NCBI GenBank assembly: GCA_000697335.1
Contig: JNEM01008421.1
Span: 1-32,489, forward strand
Reading direction: 5' to 3'
Length of the DNA stretch: 32,489 bases
From: Conidiobolus incongruus B7586
Lineage: Eukaryota
The notes under the pieces were generated by a model. It was given only the letters and a program-made list of their open reading frames with translations, was not told the origin of the DNA and ran no database searches. The stretch's first letter is position 1, and every line of letters begins with the position of its first letter. The translations under genes and the position numbers were made by a program. Of the stretch, positions 26,108 to 32,489 are shown piece by piece.

Positions 26108-26245
26108 GCATTTTATATCAAATATTCACAAAATCATCAAATAATAATTGATGGAACAAAGCTTTCAAAATATAGAATTGTAAACTGGTTTAATCAACTT
26201 AAAGCTGGAGTATTTACCATAAAATACCTACCCTATTTAGGTTAG
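26108..26245 (+). pseudogene. Short mariner HTH-like relic, copy 3
   Basis: IDGTKLSKYRIVNWFNQLKAGVFTIKYLPYLG* resembles the G...S...V..WF..F..G.F.L.D.PRSGR segment of mariner transposases. Short match only. Confidence 0.45.
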
Positions 26246-27205
26246 ATTTAATCAATAACTAACTGACAAAATACAAATAAAATTAAGATATGTTTTAATT
26301 GTTACTTATTTTTATCAGCACAAAAACTAGTATAATGTTTATATTTTCATTTTAAATCTATTATTGCTTTACTAAAATATAAGTTAAAATTAATTAAAAG
26401 ATTCAGAGCATAGATACCTTATATTTTAACTAATAATTAAATAATCAAAAGAAGAAATATAGCTAATCTAAATTTATTTTTTTATAAGGTTTATTTCACA
26501 ATGTTTAAAAAATTATTTTCATAGATAAATTATAAATTGTATTATATGATTTATTACCAAGAAATAAAAAGAGTGTTTTGGTTAAAAAATTAAAAACACC
26601 ACTATAAATTATCAAACAAAAATTATTTGAAAAAGTAAATATTTTTATTAGGTATAAATATTAATAATATAACATCCCACCAATTATCACCAGCAAAAAT
26701 AAATTGTAATAGTAGCATATATTTTAGAATTTTAAAATACAGTCACAAATTAATATATGGAAAATTCGATTAAAAAACCATTTATTTCATATGATAATAA
26801 TTATATATATAGCAAAGATGAAAGATTTGTTTATTAAAAAGAATTGGTTTTTATTACCAAACCCACTATAATCACTAGATATAAACCTTTGTGATTATAA
26901 TTGCTTTGATAAATTGAAGAATTTAATTCAGGAAAATGAATTTGACATTTCAATTTCACATTTCAAAAACTAAAAGAATAATTTTGAAGATAAATTATGA
27001 AACCTTTGTAAAGTGGTTAAGCAATTACCATTAGATAAAGTTCTGTTTTTGAAGTACAAGGGAGTTATTATTTATTAAAATCATATTATTTTATCTTTAG
27101 CTTTATTTATTTTATTAAAATATAAGTTTAAAATTGATGAACTTACTTTTTGAGCCATTATATATAGAACAACACTATAACATCATAAATTTTATCCATT
27201 TATCA

Positions 27206-30200
27206 ATGGTTGAAGAAGCATCTAGGAGTAATAGAAATGTGTCTAGAATTGATTACAATTGTAAATTTTTAATACATTTAAAATGGGATTAATAAATTTG
27301 TTATTAAATCCTTTTTATAGATTGTTCTAAAGAAAACTAGTGAAACAAATAAAGAATCAGCTTAAAACAATCAATACATATAAGTTATATTCATAATTAA
27401 TATGACTCCTTTTCACTAAGCAAAGCTGCTGCTTTCATGTAAGAAATTGAAAATGCTATTGCAAAAACCGAAGATCTAAAACTTTTATAAGATAGAAATC
27501 TAAGTATTCATTAATAATTTGTTTTGTTGCTTAATTCCAAATTATGGTCTTTATCATCCTACCAAATGGCAATGGATCATAGTAGAGCAAGTTGATGAAT
27601 CTGGCCAATACGATTTGGCAGTTCGTTATATAAAACCTGCCTTTGATAATGAGCGAGATGAATCTCTTAATAAAGAAAACGATGATGCTTTCCAAAATAA
27701 GGAAAATAATGAGCCTAACGGCACTCTAGTCAAGTTGACCACTGTTTTTCATGTTCAATTCGGATTCAAAGATAACACAATTTTCTTGTTATAATTTAAA
27801 AAAAACCCTATTCTTTAAATACACCAAAATCCAACACATTATTCAAACAAATTAGAGCCGCTAACCTTCCCATTTTCACATCAATTAACGAACCTGAAGC
27901 TATATTACAATCATTTGAACGGAATTTGATCAAGTTATCTAGATTTACTTTCTCATATTATCACAATCCTCTAGTTATCACCTTTATGAGCTTAAAATGG
28001 ATCAAAACTATTTATAATAACAACATTAGCCTTAGGTTGAAAATCTTGATCGCTTTGCCTTCTGAACAATCCTTCTTTGCTAATCTGTCTTGGATTTGAG
28101 TGCAAGTGCACCTATTATTAAAGCCAATAGTGAAAACTCGCGTCAGAGAGTGCATTATAACGGTAGTTCTACCAATGACAGTACCACTGTTCTTGTAGTA
28201 ACCGATTTTATTAAGGAGATGGTCGTTGGATTCCTTGCTCCTCAACAGAGAGTCCAACATGGTCTCGAAGATGGTCCAGTTTATCAATTCAGTCATGAAA
28301 AAGCCATCTTTTGGTACGATGAATCAGTTACCATTGACAAGGGTGGAACAATAGAACTACGAAGATGAATCCTTATGGTAATTTTTATACTAAAGTTAAA
28401 TTGAGTGATGAAATTATCCAAACAAGGGATTCTATCACCTTCAAACATTCAACCAGTCAACGCCACCATGTTGCCTTAGTTAGAACTTTACTCAAGAGCA
28501 AGCTTGAAAATCTCAAGTTCATTGGTAATGCATTTATTAATGGATCAGAAACCGTTATTGAAGAACTTGCTGGACCACAAATATTCTTTACAACCAAAGG
28601 TGATTCTACAATTTCTAAACAAAATGCGATTTCCAAGTGCAAAATGGGGTCATACCATTGTCCAAAGATAAATCTGAATACAAAGGCTCATATTTCTTCA
28701 GATTCGGGCATGATATTGAAACTGGTACAATTTTCAATCCAGCATGAATTCTTCAAGAAACTGGACGCGACCATGATGCTATTATTGCTAACAAGCAGGA
28801 AGTGATTTATAAAGATATCAAATACCACTTATACGACTTTTTTATAACATCACTACCTCTCAGACTGGCCTTTACCAAATCGGTCAAATTTTACCTCTCG
28901 AGGAATCAGAATCGGATTGGTTTGAAAATGAATCAAACAAATGCTCTCTCTTAATTTCCAGGTTGGATGCTTGAAACGCGTCGAAAGATCAGTTCCTTCT
29001 ATTCAAGCCAACACCGTTCACAGCTCCAAAATTATCATCAAGGATCCTAGAAATATAATTTTATTCGAGATATAGTACTAATATTGTTCAAAGGTTTGAA
29101 GGAAAGTGTTTTCTTCAGCATAAAAACGAAATCAAAAACTTGACTGAATGTGTCAAGCATCCTGATCATTTTTATATTTACGAGCTTAAAAAGAGCTCTG
29201 AAGTTCTTGAGGCTTCGGAAGATAACAAAGTCCAATATTGCCAACGATTCATGGATATCAGAAACAACCAGATCGAACAACGCTATGAAACTGTCAAAAC
29301 ATCTAATCCTCTTGTTGCACTAGATATTTTCTCAGGATGTGATGGCCTAACGTATAGTTTCAAGGAATCTGGATCAATTGGCATTTAATATTACACTGAG
29401 AATGATTATGCTGTCGCTCTATCTTTCAAGAAGAATTTCACTGATGCTGCAATGTATAACCAATGTGTCAACTTGCTCCTAAAGAGAGTTATTTTGATTC
29501 ACAATGAAGGTACTAAGCCAGCTGCTGCTAAAGCTTTTTAATTAAACCATTACCAATACTTCCACCTCTTGGATCAATTAAAATGATTTATTGCGGTCCT
29601 CCTTTATCAAGGATTCAGTGGTATCAATCAATATAAGAAAGCCAATGATATTAAAAATTCATTGATTGCCACATCTATGTTGATTTCTAACGTCATAACT
29701 ATTTTTTTACTAGAAAGTGCACGAAGTTTAATCAATTTTAGGTCGTGAACAAGATGGACTGAAAATTGTTGGAGGTACCATGCAGGGTGATTTGAAATTC
29801 ATCATCCGTTCACTCACTTGTATGGGATACCAAGTTAGATTTAGTATTCAACAAGCAGGCCTTAATAGATGAAATTAATCTAGACTTATATTATTAAATT
29901 GGGCACCAAACTATGTAAAACAATACCTGATTCCTTACAGCCATCAACGTGCTTTGCCAAAAACTACTCTATAACTATTCACCTACCTTTTAACGCCAAT
30001 TACTACTAGAATAAGAGAACCCGACAGTGTGCTCCAAAACCTGAGGTGAATGTATTCGCTGCCATTTTCGATCTTCTTCACTATGTATATAAGAATCCAC
30101 CCAAAGTAGTTCCAGATTACAAAGATACTCATTAATGCCTCAATATTGTTATCAAATTTGAAGTAACAGATATAAATTATGTAGAATACATGGAGCTGGA

Positions 30201-31126
30201 ATACCAGTCACCCGCCATTTCAGAGTTCCAATACTGAGGTCATTAAAGTTCCACTAAGTTTTATCAACGTGTCATGAGGAGTTTGTATAAATTAAACGCT
30301 GGAAAAAGTTGCCACATTCCCATGGTTCCAGACCTTGACCACCACAGTCTTCCTGGCCCACTCGAGTCTTGGTATCTCTCTCATAAGGGTAGTGCAGCAA
30401 ATCGTCGTAATGGTTGGAAGGGTCTTTTTTGGTAAAATAGACTTCAAAGGAATTTTTTTCTCGGGAATTACTGGCTTGGATCCAATGTCTAAGAGTGGTA
30501 CAGTTATTCACCTTTCTTAAAGACGTGTCTTAAGTGTCCGTGAGTACGCTAGAGTTCAGAGCTTCCCATATGGCATCATTTTTGAATCGTTCTAACCTGA
30601 AAATCCTTTGGACGGTCATCTTCAAATTGATAATGCTGTACCTTTTCTTCTAGAATATATCTTAGAAAATTACTTGGTTGAAGCTGAGCACCTTGACATG
30701 TTTCAAGAAAATCTAAAGATATCTCAGGAATATGATATCTTTAAGTTATTTAAGTTTAATAAGTTAGTTTCCTCGGACAAGAATTCATTACAAAAGCTTT
30801 GCAATTTGTTCAATCCAGATATAATATCAATAAAATTCCTTACTTGTTCCTCAAAATATCTAGAAGCAACAGCTTTAACAAGGCCAAGTGATAATTTATC
30901 AGTCAAATAACAGCATTCAGAACTCGTAACATTTTCAAAGTAGATCATAGTGATATTGACGGTTTGAGGTCTGACGAAGACGATCAAATAGTCCCAGCTA
31001 GCAAAATTCGCAATTTCTCAGTAAATGTTAATGGTGGAAACATTCAGTTCAGAGTTTTAATTACTAAGCAAATCTAAGTTATCAAGAGCAATAATGTTGA
31101 TACCAATGCCATCAATACCGAATAAT
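27206..31126 (+). pseudogene. DNMT1-type (fungal DNMT1/Masc2-like) C5 cytosine methyltransferase pseudogene
   Basis: Motif I ALDIFSGCDGL (~29317-29349), motif IV YCGPP[fs]YQGFSG (29589-29622), motif VI YFLLESAR, KFIIRSLTCMGYQVRFSIQQAG, motif IX HLS*RRVLSVREYARVQSFP (~30509-30568) and motif X QIDNAVP (30623-30643). Upstream fragments resemble RFD and BAH domains. Many stops and frameshifts. Probable first intron at 27261-27320. Both ends are approximate. Confidence 0.9.
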
Positions 31127-32044
31127 AGACAGGTTGTTTCAATGAATATTCCAATATTTTAGTTTTATTATTTATTTTAATATTGAATAGAAATATAATT
31201 ATATCATTATCTGGTTCAACATATCATGTGTTAACATATGAAAGCCTATAGTATTTTAAATATGCCAAATATATAATGTATTTGCAAAAATCATTTGGAT
31301 TTCTAAATCTCATAATTTGCAAAATAATATTTATACTTTTCTTGTATCAATTGATTATACACATAAATAATTCAAATTATATATCATACAATTAACTCAA
31401 TTAATATCACTTTTCCAAAATCTTGGATTATTAAATAAAGCATATTTTTATTTTAATTGTTTAAATTGGCACAATTGAGCATTTTTAATAATGAGAGAGA
31501 GCTTCATTAATAAAATTATATTATGATATAAAGAATATTTTAAAAGAATTCAAGTGTTTCTCATTCATTGAGAAATTTTGTGATAATGACTTTTATTAAC
31601 TTTATATCACTTAAAATAAATATATTAGCTTTTCTCTAAAACTCTATATGAAAATATTGTTCAAAATCAATCCTGTTTTATAGACATCCAAATTAGAATT
31701 ATATCAGAATTAATTTTATTGAATATATAGATAAGTGGTTGTTTGATTTAAACTATTCAGAATATTTTTTGTATTTATATTTACAAGCTCTGTCTATGAT
31801 CAAAAACCTTGAATATTTAAATGTTATTAGCAATATGTAAAAATCCAAATAGGATATATTCAAATCCACTTTTTAATATATAATAGTTGATGACTAATCA
31901 TATAGGAATAAAATGAAATATTTGGATATAGATAGTGGAAATTATTTGAATTTCCAATATAAAAAGAGCATTTTAGTTAAATATATTTTCTATACTTTTT
32001 CATTTTTAAATATTTAATTTTAAAAAGAACTAAATAGTAAATCA

Positions 32045-32489
32045 ATGAGTAAAGTAGATATTCGTGATGAATGGTATACTACAGAACATTCAAATACTGA
32101 TTTATTATTAAGAATTTGGACTGTAATTGAAAATTTGTATGACATCAAATTTATTTTTATTAATATCGAATTCCATTTAGCCAATCGATACTTCTATTAA
32201 TTCGATAGTCATTTTCTTGCATGGATTCGGTGAACACACTAAACGTTACATGGAATTTTTCAAGCGTTTTGCTGAAAATGGTATCAAAGTAGTCTCCTTT
32301 GACCAGAGGGGTCATGGAGAGACCGCTCAGAAAATCAAAAAACTAGGAGTTGGAAGTGGGTTTAAAACTCTATTCAAAGATATTGACGAAATTGTAGAAA
32401 AATTTTATGATCCTAGACTGAATTTGGTTTTGATGGGTCACAGTTATGTATGAGCTATCGTTGATATATTAATTTCTTCAGAGTTTAAT
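32045..32489 (+). CDS. Alpha/beta hydrolase, monoacylglycerol lipase/lysophospholipase-like (truncated by window end)
   Basis: Exons 32045-32122 and 32181-32447, then an intron starts. Motifs LLLRIW, IFLHGFGEH..RY, FDQRGHG, and LMGHSY at the nucleophile elbow. Confidence 0.9.

Noticed and set aside
26867..26899. Small inverted repeat tataatcac...gtgattata
   Set aside because: A 9-bp AT-rich stem is expected by chance, and there is no TSD or second copy.
30724..30987. Minus-strand ORF with LRR-like look (LLNLNNLKI)
   Set aside because: Better explained as antisense to the plus-strand C-terminal tail of the DNMT pseudogene.
1..32489. CRISPR arrays, rRNA, tRNA, prokaryotic operons or an alternative genetic code
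   Set aside because: None seen. Intact genes splice into stop-free frames with the standard code, and in-frame stops occur only in relics that also carry frameshifts or degraded motifs.

Overview
Eukaryotic, very AT-rich and intron-dense (mostly 50-60 nt GT-AG introns) fungal DNA. An early-diverging lineage such as a Conidiobolus-like Entomophthoromycotina is my inference, not something I can prove. By splicing exons by hand I find nine apparently functional genes: an FG-GAP/ITFG2-like beta-propeller protein, PEX13, mitoribosomal mL38 (MRPL35), adenosine kinase, V-ATPase subunit B, a UBL-BAG co-chaperone, an inositol polyphosphate kinase, a gamma-glutamyltransferase and a window-truncated monoacylglycerol-lipase-like hydrolase. 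The most striking signal is hidden in what looks like AT junk. Bases 6666-7970 are a full-length (~1.3 kb, TA-flanked) mariner transposon whose transposase motifs have been rewritten almost entirely by C>T/G>A transitions. A second, inverted copy lies at 1-465, and in a hand-aligned 49-nt block the two differ only by transitions. This looks like RIP-like or methylation-driven repeat hypermutation outside the lineages where RIP is established. The window also holds a full-length DNMT1-type cytosine methyltransferase pseudogene, two clear HTH-only mariner relics plus a weaker third, and a candidate intronic H/ACA snoRNA. All family assignments come from motif recognition by eye; no searches were run.
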